Part shown: positions 25,919 through 36,043 of the stretch, in pieces | How positions within the stretch are numbered: position 1 is the stretch's first letter | Layout: the number at the start of each line of letters is the position of its first letter | Assembly: GCA_944391565.1 (NCBI GenBank) | Contig: CALXUB010000025.1 | Coordinates: 4,113 to 68,112 of the forward strand | Direction of reading: 5' to 3' | Source of the DNA: an uncultured Alphaproteobacteria bacterium | GTDB taxonomy: Bacteria > Pseudomonadota > Alphaproteobacteria > CAAHEQ01 > UBA3637 | Length of the DNA stretch: 64,000 nucleotides | Program-made: the position numbers and the translations under genes | The notes under the pieces: generated by a model | The model's input: the letters and a program-made list of their open reading frames with translations, nothing else | The model's database searches: none | What the model was told of the DNA's origin: nothing

Positions 25919-27213
25919 AGCGAATTATCGGGATTATGACAGGAAATTCTTTAGATGCCGTAGATGTTGTTCTGACGGAGTTTTCGGATCAAGATGAAAT
26001 TCATGATATTGCCGGTTTGTCTGTCCCTTATCCTATTTCATTGCGTAATGCTTTATTGACACTTCGCTGTTTGGTTAATGAAGATGATATAGATATGGAT
26101 ACGCTTCAATCTCTGCCTCTTTTTTTGGAAACACATGATAGTTATCTGCATGTCGTTTCTCAAGCCGTATTAAAACTGTTGTCTGACCATCAAATTTCAC
26201 CTTCGTCCATCGATGCAATCGGTTTTCACGGACAAACGCTGGATCATTGTGGTCCTTCATTATGTCCTGAAAAAAATGACTTTCCATACACACTTCAAAT
26301 GGGATCCGGCCAAAAATTGGCTGACTTAACGGGTATTCCCGTCATTTATGATTTCCGTTCGGATGAAATCATAAGTGGCGGTGAAGGAGCTCCGCTGGTT
26401 CCACCGCACAATAAACATATTGCTGAAGGTTTGGGATTAAAAAGTGCCGTTTTTTATAATGCCGGCAACACCAGTAATTTAGCGATTGTCACTGAAAAGA
26501 CTTTGTTAGGCTGGGATGCGGGTCCGTTTAATGAATTCACGGATAAACTGATCAGACGGAATACTTCGGATCCGTATGATGAAAATGGTAAGTATGGTTC
26601 GAAAGGAAAATTAAAACCGGAATTATTACGGGAATTGTTTGAAAAAAGCGCACAAACCCCCGGTGGACATAATTTTTATTTGGTTAAACCGCCACGTTCC
26701 GGTGATCCGCGTTGGTATCAATTTGAAAAAATCGCTGCTTTTCAAAATCCCGTTGATTTTAATGATGTTGTTTATACTTCCGAGTATTTTGCAGCTTATA
26801 CGGCTGTTTTTACACTTCAATTTGTTCCCAAAAGTATAGAATTACCTAATCATTTTATCCTTTTCGGCGGGGGATGGCATAATCCCGTTTGTTTCAATGA
26901 ATTTAAAAAACTTTTATCAGGAGACGGATACGTTCTACCGCAACATAAATCAATTTTTAAACAAATTTGCACGCGTTTTAAAGAAAAACCCGCAGTATAT
27001 ATTTCTGATTTAGGGAAATATATGGAAGCACGTTTGTTCGCTGATTTAGCTCGTTATTACCTGGAAAAGAAAACCTGGACTACATATGAATTGACCGGCT
27101 GTAAAACTCCGGTTGTTTTAGGAACAATGCGTCGACCTTTCCAAGGGTTAATTGATGATCGAATTAGTCGTGCAGCCAAAGGATGGCAAAAAAAAGAAAG
27201 AAAGGTCTCTTGA
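25915..27213 (+). CDS. anmK: anhydro-N-acetylmuramic acid kinase
   Basis: IGIMTGNSLDAVDVV, GFHGQT and DFRSDEIISGGEGAPLVP motifs as in E. coli AnmK. At 432 aa it is longer than the usual ~370 aa. Confidence 0.88.
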   Translation: MKRIIGIMTGNSLDAVDVVLTEFSDQDEIHDIAGLSVPYPISLRNALLTLRCLVNEDDIDMDTLQSLPLFLETHDSYLHVVSQAVLKLLSDHQISPSSIDAIGFHGQTLDHCGPSLCPEKNDFPYTLQMGSGQKLADLTGIPVIYDFRSDEIISGGEGAPLVPPHNKHIAEGLGLKSAVFYNAGNTSNLAIVTEKTLLGWDAGPFNEFTDKLIRRNTSDPYDENGKYGSKGKLKPELLRELFEKSAQTPGGHNFYLVKPPRSGDPRWYQFEKIAAFQNPVDFNDVVYTSEYFAAYTAVFTLQFVPKSIELPNHFILFGGGWHNPVCFNEFKKLLSGDGYVLPQHKSIFKQICTRFKEKPAVYISDLGKYMEARLFADLARYYLEKKTWTTYELTGCKTPVVLGTMRRPFQGLIDDRISRAAKGWQKKERKVS

Positions 27214-27261
27214 TTTTGAAATTTTTATCTTTATTTCTAAAAAAAGAAAAAGGAGGGAAAA

Positions 27262-28125
27262 ATGTCTTCAAAAGCGTCTTTAATTGAGAAAATCTTTTTT
27301 GCGGTTATGCTGGGTGGTGCATTGCTATTGGGTCTCTCCCCTTCTCTCAAAACGACATTAACAACACTTCATATCGGCAAAGTGACGATACCTTTGGCTC
27401 CGCTCTTTTTCTCATTGGTTATTTTTCTGGTCGTTATGTTTGTCACACGTCTGTTGCAGCGTATTTTAAAAAACAGATTGCTTGTCAAAACAGATTTAAA
27501 TCCGGGAACTCAGGCGACGATTGTTTCTATTACAGGTTATATTGGTCTTGTAATCGCATTTTTCTGGGTTTTATCCGAACTTGGAATAGATTTAAAAAAC
27601 GTCGCTGTTTTTGCCGGAGCTTTATCGGTTGGTATCGGTTTTGGACTGCAAAACGTCGTCAATAATTTTATTTCTGGTGTTATCTTGTTGTTCGGACGTG
27701 CCATTCAAGTTAATGATCGAGTAATCATCAATGGTAAAGAAGGAATTGTCCGACAAATTAACATTCGTTCTACAGAGTTGGAAACAGCTAACGGTGTCCG
27801 CATTTTAATTCCGAATGCTTCTGTTCTCAGCACAGATTTAACCAATTTAAGTACACAAAAGGAAACGAATTTAATCAGTTTGAATTTTTCAGTTCCTCAA
27901 ACTTCTGATGTTGTTGCTGTGCAAGAAGTCTTGCTAAAAGTCGCCGCCGCAGAAAAAAGACTGGCCAAAACACCTGCTCCGACTGTGTTAGCGACAGATA
28001 TCTCCGGTGCTGTGATTACTTTTGAACTATCCGCCGCCGTAAAAGACATTAACTTGAAAAATAAGCTGCTCAGCGATCTGAGACTTCAAATCCTGACACA
28101 GTTAAAGGAACAAAAACTTATCTAG
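27262..28125 (+). CDS. mechanosensitive ion channel family protein (MscS-like)
   Basis: Three N-terminal TM spans, then GALSVGIGFGLQNVVNNFISGVILLF pore-helix motif and a beta domain. AAGGAGGG RBS. Confidence 0.85.
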   Translation: MSSKASLIEKIFFAVMLGGALLLGLSPSLKTTLTTLHIGKVTIPLAPLFFSLVIFLVVMFVTRLLQRILKNRLLVKTDLNPGTQATIVSITGYIGLVIAFFWVLSELGIDLKNVAVFAGALSVGIGFGLQNVVNNFISGVILLFGRAIQVNDRVIINGKEGIVRQINIRSTELETANGVRILIPNASVLSTDLTNLSTQKETNLISLNFSVPQTSDVVAVQEVLLKVAAAEKRLAKTPAPTVLATDISGAVITFELSAAVKDINLKNKLLSDLRLQILTQLKEQKLI

Positions 28126-29875
28126 TTTTAAACTGAGCCATATACAATGCCCGGTAAGCACCGTTTTCAATGTTCAGCAATGTTTCGTGGGTTCCTTCTT
28201 CCACGATGTGACCTTCGTTTACGACGACGATTTTATCAGCATTTTGAATGGTCGATAAACGGTGTGCTATAACAAACACTGTTCTGTCCTTCATCAAATT
28301 ATCAATCGCTTTTTGAACAATGGCCTCGGATTTATTATCCAATGCGGAAGTTGCTTCGTCTAAAATAACAATCGGTGCATTTTTCAAAAAAGCTCTGGCT
28401 ATGGCGACACGTTGTTTTTGTCCGCCGGAAAGCAGAATGCCTCGTTCACCGATATTCGTATCCAAACCATGCTCCAAATGATGAACAAAATCATCTAAAC
28501 AAGCACTCTTAATTGCTACTTCAATTTCTTGGGGTGTTGCATCAGGTTTACCCAATAAAATATTGTCACGAATCGTCCCGGAAAAAAGGAAATTATCTTG
28601 AAAAACAACAGCAATTTTATCTCTCAATGATTCAAGCGTGAATTCACGAATATCAACGCCGTCAATTTGAATAGAGCCTGTGTTAATATCATAAAAACGC
28701 GGAATTAAATTAACCAACGTTGTTTTTCCACCACCGGAATTTCCCACAAAAGCTATCATCTGCCCTTTTTTTAGATGAAGATTTACTTTATTTAAAACAG
28801 GCACTCCCGGTGTATATTCAAAGTCAACATCCTTAAAAGTAATTTCCTTGTTTATTCCCTCTAAAGGCCGCGCATTCTTTTTGTCTTTAATTTGAACAGG
28901 TAGCTCCAACAGTTCAAAGACACGTTCAATCGCCATAAAAGAAAGCTGAACCTGATTAAAGTTTTTCCCGATATTTTTAATCGGTGTATAAAGCATTAAC
29001 ATTGCAGTCATAAAAGCCACAAAGCTGCCACTGGTAATCGTGCCGTTCATAATCAATGAACTGCCGGCCCAAATAACCAAAGCAATTCCGACAGAAATGA
29101 TAATATGCATCATTGGTGATAACCAGCCGGTTTTCTGCGTTTGTTTAATAGATAGTTTAAACAGCTTACGTAAAACTTCTTCGAACAAATGCTGCTGATG
29201 TTTTTGCAAATTATATGAAGCAATTGTTTTGTTGCCGGCATACGTTTCATTGTAAAGCGTGACGGCTTCACCGCCGGCCATTGCCGTTCGTTTTGTGATT
29301 TCTTTAATTTTCTCTCGAATTTTAGTAAGTGGATAAAGAGAAATCAATAAAACTGAAATCGCAATAATGGCCAATTGCCAAGAAGTGTAAATCAAAACAG
29401 CAATTAAAGAAATGGAAGAAAAAACCCTGGATGTAAAAACTTTCAAATTATTCAAAAGACCGGAACAGGCTAAATTAGGATCATTGTCAAAACGATAAAC
29501 AACCATGCCTGAAGAAGAACTATCAAAAAAAGCAGATTCAAAACAAACTAACTTCTTATAGAGCTTTTGCTTTAATTCCATGGTTATTTTGGAACCAACC
29601 CAAGTATTTAAATAAGTGGACGAATAGTCCAGACCGCTTTGAACTAAAGTAAACAAAACAATCAAAAGCGGAATATAAAAGGGAGAAGCAACGCTTTTAT
29701 CAATGACAACCATATCCATGTATGGTTTTAATGACAACGCAATAACCGCATCCAAAGAACCGATCGGAATGGTAATCAGAGTTGCCAAAAGGGCTCGAAA
29801 CCAAAACGGTTTAACAAACGGCCACATGCGTCTGTAATTTACGACAAATTGAGATTTTTTTATTTTTTCAAACAT
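28118..29875 (-). CDS. msbA: ABC transporter permease/ATP-binding protein, MsbA-like lipid exporter
   Basis: Fused TMD-NBD of 585 aa. RRMWPFVKPFW...LSLKPYMD resembles the MsbA N-terminus. Walker A GNSGGGKTT, signature LSGGQKQR, Walker B ILDEATSALD. Confidence 0.8.
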   Translation of the reverse strand: MFEKIKKSQFVVNYRRMWPFVKPFWFRALLATLITIPIGSLDAVIALSLKPYMDMVVIDKSVASPFYIPLLIVLFTLVQSGLDYSSTYLNTWVGSKITMELKQKLYKKLVCFESAFFDSSSSGMVVYRFDNDPNLACSGLLNNLKVFTSRVFSSISLIAVLIYTSWQLAIIAISVLLISLYPLTKIREKIKEITKRTAMAGGEAVTLYNETYAGNKTIASYNLQKHQQHLFEEVLRKLFKLSIKQTQKTGWLSPMMHIIISVGIALVIWAGSSLIMNGTITSGSFVAFMTAMLMLYTPIKNIGKNFNQVQLSFMAIERVFELLELPVQIKDKKNARPLEGINKEITFKDVDFEYTPGVPVLNKVNLHLKKGQMIAFVGNSGGGKTTLVNLIPRFYDINTGSIQIDGVDIREFTLESLRDKIAVVFQDNFLFSGTIRDNILLGKPDATPQEIEVAIKSACLDDFVHHLEHGLDTNIGERGILLSGGQKQRVAIARAFLKNAPIVILDEATSALDNKSEAIVQKAIDNLMKDRTVFVIAHRLSTIQNADKIVVVNEGHIVEEGTHETLLNIENGAYRALYMAQFKTR

Positions 29876-29889
29876 TTATTTTCTTTCGT

Positions 29890-31542
29890 TTACACACTGT
29901 TCAACCGTTTTAAGACCCGATTTTTCCCCATGACTCGCATAATGGCATATAAATCCGGAGACTGCTCTTTGCCGGTTATAAAGACTCTTAAAACCTTTGC
30001 GACATCAGATACATTGCCTTTAAAAAGCGACGGATTCTCACGAAAAGCCTTCATATCCGAGGCAAACCCGTTTTTATCGGCGACATCTTTCATTTTTTGG
30101 AACCATTGATCTTTGTCGTCATTTTCGTCGTAAAGTTCAACAAAATCATTTAAAATATTTGTTATGTCATTGACAGACATGGGTTTTAGTATGCTAAAGG
30201 CTTCTCCGGTCGTTAAAGTGAATTGATCGTCAAAGAAAAATGATGCTTCTTTTTTGACATCAGACCACTTCACAATGTCTTTACGAACCTTTTTAACCCC
30301 TTCTCTTTCAATGTTTAGGATTTTTTTCATATAATCGGCATTTTCTTTCATGAGCATGGCGAAAGGCACATCATAGTTCTCACACCACGCCAAAGCTTGC
30401 TGATAAACATCTTCTGCCGTCATACGACCGATAATGTCTCGTGAAATACTGTCCAATTTGACGAAATCGAATAAAGCACCGGAAGAACCGATTTTTTTGA
30501 TATTAAAGGGAAATTCTTTATATGACTTGTCCGGATTTTGGCGGCGCCAATCTTCAAAATTCGAATTTGCTAAATTAAGCAAGTATTCAATAATTGCCGG
30601 TTTCGGATACCCTTTTTCATCAAAGTAAGTAAGATTTATTTCCGGGTCTAAACGTTTAGAAAGCTTACGTCTGTTTCCATTCTCATCCAGTTTTTGAATA
30701 TGAGAAATGTGGGCATACTTCGGAGCCTTCCAACCGGCGACCTGAAACAAAAGTGTATGCAAAGGCAATGAAGACAGCCACTCTTCCCCGCGGATCACAT
30801 GTGTTGTCCCCATTAAATGGTCATCAATTAAATGAGCAAAGTGATAAGTCGGCAGTCCGTCACCCTTCATAATGGGAATATCCAAATCACTTTCGGGAAA
30901 CTCACGCCGACCGCGAATCAAATCCTCAATAATGACTTTTTTGGTGTAGTGTCCGGGAGATTTAAAACGAACAATAAACCGCTTGCCAGCCTTCAGATTT
31001 TCCAAGACAGCTTCTTCCGTCAATTTACGGCATTTTGCGAAAGGTCCGTAATATCCTGGTCGAATATTTGCTTTGCTTTGCATTTCATGTGTTTTTTCGT
31101 TATCTTCCTCCGTGCAAAAGCATAGATAAGCTTTATCTTCTTCCAGCCATTTTTTGACATAAGCCTGATAAATTTCTTTACGTTCACTTTGAATGTAAGG
31201 CCCGTATTCCCCTTTTGACGGGGCATTCAAAACAGGACCTTCATCATTGGGAATGTCATACTCTTTTATGGCTTTCAACACTAAATCTTTGGCACCGTCC
31301 ACCTGGCGTTTTTGATCCGTATCTTCAATACGCAAAATAAATACACCACCGGATTGATGAGCAACTCGTTCCGGCAATAACGCAGCGGAAAGTGTTCCCA
31401 GATGCAGCATGCCGGTTGGACTTGGAGCCGTACGGGTCACAATCGCGCCGGCAGGCAACTGCCGCGGCGGATATTTTGCTTCAATCTCCTCAATAGAAGG
31501 AAGCGGATTTGGAAAAACCAGATCAATAATTTCTTTTTTCAT
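29890..31542 (-). CDS. gltX: glutamate--tRNA ligase (long form, 550 aa)
   Basis: APSPTGMLHLG (HIGH), FILRIEDTDQKR, and KLSKR (KMSKS) motifs. Confidence 0.9.
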   Translation of the reverse strand: MKKEIIDLVFPNPLPSIEEIEAKYPPRQLPAGAIVTRTAPSPTGMLHLGTLSAALLPERVAHQSGGVFILRIEDTDQKRQVDGAKDLVLKAIKEYDIPNDEGPVLNAPSKGEYGPYIQSERKEIYQAYVKKWLEEDKAYLCFCTEEDNEKTHEMQSKANIRPGYYGPFAKCRKLTEEAVLENLKAGKRFIVRFKSPGHYTKKVIIEDLIRGRREFPESDLDIPIMKGDGLPTYHFAHLIDDHLMGTTHVIRGEEWLSSLPLHTLLFQVAGWKAPKYAHISHIQKLDENGNRRKLSKRLDPEINLTYFDEKGYPKPAIIEYLLNLANSNFEDWRRQNPDKSYKEFPFNIKKIGSSGALFDFVKLDSISRDIIGRMTAEDVYQQALAWCENYDVPFAMLMKENADYMKKILNIEREGVKKVRKDIVKWSDVKKEASFFFDDQFTLTTGEAFSILKPMSVNDITNILNDFVELYDENDDKDQWFQKMKDVADKNGFASDMKAFRENPSLFKGNVSDVAKVLRVFITGKEQSPDLYAIMRVMGKNRVLKRLNSV

Positions 31543-31609
31543 TTTTTTATCCTAAATTATTTTGATGTCGCTATCATAAAAGAAAGTCACTTAAAAATCA
31601 AGTCTTCCT

Positions 31610-33763
31610 TCAAGAATGAGACATTTCAGCCAAAACTTCTTTTTTCAACGTAATATTATCCCGTTTTCCGCTACCGAAAATCGGCAGAGCATCACGATAT
31701 AAAATGACACGTGGCAAATACAATTCCGAATAGCCTTCTTTTTGTATCAATTGTTGTAAATCCTGAATTTTCAGATCTTTATTTGTTGAAACCAGAACAA
31801 TCTGTTCCCCTTTAGTCTCGTGTGGCACGGCAACGGCACCATATTCAAAAGTACTGTCGGGTGTGACGGCTGCAGCTATTTTTTCGACACTTGTCAAAGA
31901 AATCATTTCTCCTGCTATTTTAGCAAAACGTTTGACTCGGTCGCGAATATAGAAAAAGCCCATATCATCCACTTCTACCACATCTCCGGTATCATACCAA
32001 CCGTCTGTCGGGGGAACAAGAACACCCGGGTTGTCAGCAAACATATAGCCCATCATGATGTTTGGTCCTTTGACACACAAAGAACCTCCCTTTTCAATTC
32101 CAGAGACGGGAGAAAGCTTGTATTCAATCGCAGGCATGATTTGACCAATGGAGCCAAAACGACAGAAGGTGGCGTTATTGGTCGTTAAAAAGGGAGATGT
32201 TTCCGTTGCACCATACGCTTCGAATAATCGAACGCCAAAACGTTCCATATAGATGTCTCGTGTCTCTTTTTTTATAGCTTCTGCGCCGCCTAAAACAAAA
32301 CGTAAAGTATGAAAGTCAAAAGGATGCGCCACTTTTGCATAACTTTTGAAGAAAGCATCCGTTCCAAACATCATTGTTGCACCGATTTCATAAACCAACT
32401 CTGGCACAATCCGATAATGCAGCGGTGAAGGATATAAAAACAGCTTACCGCCGCAAAGAAGCGGATAAAAAGTGCCTCCCACCAATCCATATGAATGGAA
32501 CATCGGCAGCATATTAAACATGGTGTCTGTTTCATTGATGTCTACTAAGCTTGCAAGCTGACGAATGTTGGATAAAATATTCTGGTGACTTAGAACAACG
32601 GCCTTAGGTGATCCTTCCGACCCCGAAGTGAATAAAACCAATGCTTTTTGAGTACCGCTTTTGGGATAAGGCACATATTTGAATTTATATGAGATCCAAG
32701 CTTTTAAACGAGCAAACAGACCAATAGACTTCTTAATGTCTTCCAAATATAAAATACGAACTCCGTTTGCTGTTAAAGCATCGACAATCGGGGTTAGTTT
32801 TTGCTCTTCGATAAATGTGCGAGAAGTTAAAACACTTTTGAGAACAGCTGTTTTGCTGGTAGAAACAACGTTCGCAAGTCCCGAAGAAAAATTTAACATC
32901 GCCGGCACACGTTCATATGCCATCAATCCGATTAAAACACACAAGTTATCGATAGAGTTTGGTAATAAAACACCCAAATGTTCTTGACGATCTGCAATTT
33001 TCTTAAAAAAACGACCATATAAATAGCTTTTAACAATGATATCTTTATAAGAATGCGGCACGCGTTGTGTATCTTCTACGAACATTGGTCGACTGAATAA
33101 ACCATTGTGAGCATTATTTTTGGCAGTTTGCATCAATTCACTGAAAAAAGAGGCTTCCGGTTTATAAGTCGCACGGAAAGAAATATCCAACATCAACCGA
33201 TACAGCTCATTACTGATATAATTTCTGTCACGACGCGTTTCTTCTTTAATTTTAAAAACAACGGGTTTTTGGATTGTAATTGTTGTTTTAGGCAACATCC
33301 GAAAAATATGTTTTTGCTGCATTCTGGAACAATATCCATGCCGTGTACCGGTAATCCAAACCGGAACAAGCGGTACATTTGCTTTATCTGCCAGGATTCC
33401 CGGTGCTTCATAGATTTTCATTAACGACCCGGTTTCGGTAATCTTACCCTCTGCAAAGATCACACAAGATTGACCAGCCTCTAATTTTGCCAACAAGTTT
33501 TTGATGGAAATAGGATCCAAAGGATTAAAAGGCAATAAATCTGCAAAATGCATCAATATTCGAATTCTTTTTTGTCTGATCGTCGTCGGATTAAGGGCAA
33601 AACACAAATGTCCGGGCAAGAAAGCATATAAAAACAACACATCCCATGAAGAAACATGATTAGCCATGTAAATCACAGGAGTAGGCAGTGCAGAAGCTTT
33701 TTCAAGCCAATAAACACGAACACGGAACAGCTTAAAATAAGCCCGAAGTAAAAATCGAATCAT
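31610..33763 (-). CDS. aas: bifunctional 2-acylglycerophosphoethanolamine acyltransferase / acyl-ACP synthetase (Aas-like)
   Basis: N-terminal PlsC-type HX4D (ANHVSSWD) and FAEGKIT motifs. C-terminal AMP-binding motifs (TSGSEGSPK, EAYGATE, YDTGD). At 717 aa it matches E. coli Aas (719 aa). Confidence 0.88.
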   Translation of the reverse strand: MIRFLLRAYFKLFRVRVYWLEKASALPTPVIYMANHVSSWDVLFLYAFLPGHLCFALNPTTIRQKRIRILMHFADLLPFNPLDPISIKNLLAKLEAGQSCVIFAEGKITETGSLMKIYEAPGILADKANVPLVPVWITGTRHGYCSRMQQKHIFRMLPKTTITIQKPVVFKIKEETRRDRNYISNELYRLMLDISFRATYKPEASFFSELMQTAKNNAHNGLFSRPMFVEDTQRVPHSYKDIIVKSYLYGRFFKKIADRQEHLGVLLPNSIDNLCVLIGLMAYERVPAMLNFSSGLANVVSTSKTAVLKSVLTSRTFIEEQKLTPIVDALTANGVRILYLEDIKKSIGLFARLKAWISYKFKYVPYPKSGTQKALVLFTSGSEGSPKAVVLSHQNILSNIRQLASLVDINETDTMFNMLPMFHSYGLVGGTFYPLLCGGKLFLYPSPLHYRIVPELVYEIGATMMFGTDAFFKSYAKVAHPFDFHTLRFVLGGAEAIKKETRDIYMERFGVRLFEAYGATETSPFLTTNNATFCRFGSIGQIMPAIEYKLSPVSGIEKGGSLCVKGPNIMMGYMFADNPGVLVPPTDGWYDTGDVVEVDDMGFFYIRDRVKRFAKIAGEMISLTSVEKIAAAVTPDSTFEYGAVAVPHETKGEQIVLVSTNKDLKIQDLQQLIQKEGYSELYLPRVILYRDALPIFGSGKRDNITLKKEVLAEMSHS

Positions 33764-33824
33764 AAATGTTATTCTCTCATCTGTTAGTCTTGGGTTAGTA
33801 TAAAAAAGAAAGGTAAACAGAAAT

Positions 33825-34643
33825 TTAAAACTCTATTTTAAATCCCTCTTCTTCTAAGATACGGAAAAATTCAGCCAAAAACAACTTTTCTTTCTCATGA
33901 ACTTCTCCATCTGACATAATCATTTCCATCAATGCTTCTAAGAACATCTTAACAATCCAACCGTCCATCCCCAAAATTCTTTCCAAAGACAAGTAAAAAC
34001 TTTGCGTATCCGGGTTAATCATTGTTAAGTAATGAACAAGATCCGCATCATTAAAAGTTAAGTCCGGACAACGTTTATGAACATACTGAGCCATTTTATC
34101 ATACTCAATACGATCTTTGTGGCCATCCATCGCCGCCACAAACAAAAGAGCCGTTAATTCATTACGTGTTCTGTCAATAGCTGTTTTCATTTCACCATTT
34201 GTCATCGACGATGAAAATTGATACTGAGGAGCTGTAGAAGTCGGCTTCTTTTCTTGCAACTGAACACCCAACTCATTCTCGAAGAAATCAACCGGATTGG
34301 AATAAACCTTACCTGTTTGATCTGTAATTTTAGAAATAGAAGAAAGTTTTATTAGTCTGGGTGCCTTAATCTCCTCACAAAAAGCATCAATAAAAATTTC
34401 TTTTCCGCTTTTAATCACACGGCGAATGATAACATGACGATCCTGATGATTACCGGAAAGTGATGTATACTCAATTTCGGCCGCAACGGAAATACCGGTT
34501 GCCAGAATATGTCGGCTTTGTAAATGATGCGCAACTTCTTGAGCTTTTGGCTTTGAAGCATCTAAAGATTGCCGAAAAGCGGTCACATCTTCACCGGTAA
34601 AGCGAGCTATTGTCTCTAATAATTGAGCGGAAGTAGACATCAT
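33825..34643 (-). CDS. hypothetical protein with WYL-like N-terminal module and TerB-like C-terminal domain
   Basis: IEYTSLSGNHQDRHVIIRRVIKSGKEIFIDAFCEEIKAPRLIKLSSISKI fits the WYL pattern. The C-terminus has two (A/S)DG-x4-E motifs (AAMDGHKDRIEYDKM, IMSDGEVHEKEKLFL) about 65 aa apart, as in TerB-like domains. It is the last gene of the MoxR operon. Confidence 0.5.
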   Translation of the reverse strand: MMSTSAQLLETIARFTGEDVTAFRQSLDASKPKAQEVAHHLQSRHILATGISVAAEIEYTSLSGNHQDRHVIIRRVIKSGKEIFIDAFCEEIKAPRLIKLSSISKITDQTGKVYSNPVDFFENELGVQLQEKKPTSTAPQYQFSSSMTNGEMKTAIDRTRNELTALLFVAAMDGHKDRIEYDKMAQYVHKRCPDLTFNDADLVHYLTMINPDTQSFYLSLERILGMDGWIVKMFLEALMEMIMSDGEVHEKEKLFLAEFFRILEEEGFKIEF

Positions 34644-34645
34644 CC

Positions 34646-35110
34646 TTAATCCTTTCTTTTCAAATTTTCGTTAATCCAAGTCTTATAAAGTCTGAAAACT
34701 TCTTCTTTTTGATGAGGTGTCAGACCTTTTTTTACAGCATACATATTTTTTTCAAGAAGTTCTACAAAATCTTTTGAAAAATGAACAGAACCGTGTCTAT
34801 TCAGAAAATCTGCCCATGCCTGTCCGTAAAGCGGAGCCACTTTTTCCCGACCATACAAAGCGATAGCCACTTGTTTTGTTAAAAAGGTAATTTCCTTTAG
34901 AAACTCTGCACCGGAGAGATTTTTGATCGCTTCCAAACGTTGAAGGACAAAACGTCGACGATTCTTTCCGACAGCAATAAGTAAAGCATATAAACCAAAT
35001 AACAGTAAAACGCCAATCAATAAAACAGCCCACCACCCCCACGCCAAAGGCAATAATGCCGGTTCTTCAGGCAAATGAATATCCCTTAAACCCGACAAAT
35101 CGATATTCAT
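34646..35110 (-). CDS. DUF4381 domain-containing membrane protein
   Basis: LRDIHLPEEPALLPLAWGWWAVLL... N-terminus followed by one TM span. Position after DUF58 is as in Bat-type operons. Confidence 0.65.
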   Translation of the reverse strand: MNIDLSGLRDIHLPEEPALLPLAWGWWAVLLIGVLLLFGLYALLIAVGKNRRRFVLQRLEAIKNLSGAEFLKEITFLTKQVAIALYGREKVAPLYGQAWADFLNRHGSVHFSKDFVELLEKNMYAVKKGLTPHQKEEVFRLYKTWINENLKRKD

Positions 35111-36036
35111 TTATGTCTCCTTCGTAAAGATTGAGCAAAGACATCATAAAAGTCCATGCCGGTCGAAATCGGAATATAGTGGACGTGATAGTTTGCTGCA
35201 AAATCCTTTAGAGAAGCATGTCGTTTTTCAAAATAATTAACGTAAGCTTTCTGCACAGCAGGTTGACGTGTATCAAGTGCCGCTATTTTTTCTCCGTTGG
35301 TGATCGGATATAGATTGGGAACGGGACAACGCCCTTCCAGCTCATCAAAGACATTGATTAAAATAACTTCATTGCCTTTAGCCAAAGAAGCTAAACTTTT
35401 AAAAGTTTCTTCATTAACATCTGAAAAATCGCTGATAACAAAAACTAAATTGCCGTTTCGACATGTCCGGCGCAGTTTCCAACAAGCCGTTGATAAAGAA
35501 ATTTCTTCCTGGATTGGTTTTAAAGATGTATTTTGTCGCGTCATTTGGCTGATTTTAGCCAAAAATTCGATCAAATGACGGTAAAGGCGAGATGGTTTAC
35601 AAAGTTTCATTTCTTCATCGGAAAGAAGGATACCTCCGATCTTGTCTCCTTTTCCCTGGAAAAACCAAGCTGTCATAGACGCTAAATGAGCGGCAATCAC
35701 AGATTTAAAGGCCTGGCGCGTCGCAAAATGCATGCCATGGCGAAAATCAAGCAAAAACCAGATTTGCCGATCACGTTCTTCCCGAAAAACTTTCGTATAG
35801 GTTTTGCCGTGACGTGCCGTAATCCGCCAGTCAACCAAACGAACGTCATCTCCTTGCTGATATTCACGCACTTCGTCGAAGTCCATGCCTCGTCCTTTAA
35901 AAATCGAACGGTAATTACCGTTATTGACACGAGATGTTTTCCTGTCCGGAAAGGCTGTTAATCGATAGGTCTGATACTGGTCTTGTATCAAACTTTCCAA
36001 ACTGGCAAAAACGGCTTTATCTCCGGTGGTAATCAT
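35107..36036 (-). CDS. DUF58 domain-containing protein (MoxR-associated, VWA-like fold)
   Basis: EVREYQQGDDVRLVDWRITARHGKTYTKVFREERD hallmark motif. Overlaps the downstream gene by 4 nt. Confidence 0.85.
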   Translation of the reverse strand: MITTGDKAVFASLESLIQDQYQTYRLTAFPDRKTSRVNNGNYRSIFKGRGMDFDEVREYQQGDDVRLVDWRITARHGKTYTKVFREERDRQIWFLLDFRHGMHFATRQAFKSVIAAHLASMTAWFFQGKGDKIGGILLSDEEMKLCKPSRLYRHLIEFLAKISQMTRQNTSLKPIQEEISLSTACWKLRRTCRNGNLVFVISDFSDVNEETFKSLASLAKGNEVILINVFDELEGRCPVPNLYPITNGEKIAALDTRQPAVQKAYVNYFEKRHASLKDFAANYHVHYIPISTGMDFYDVFAQSLRRRHK

Positions 36037-36043
36037 GAAACTC

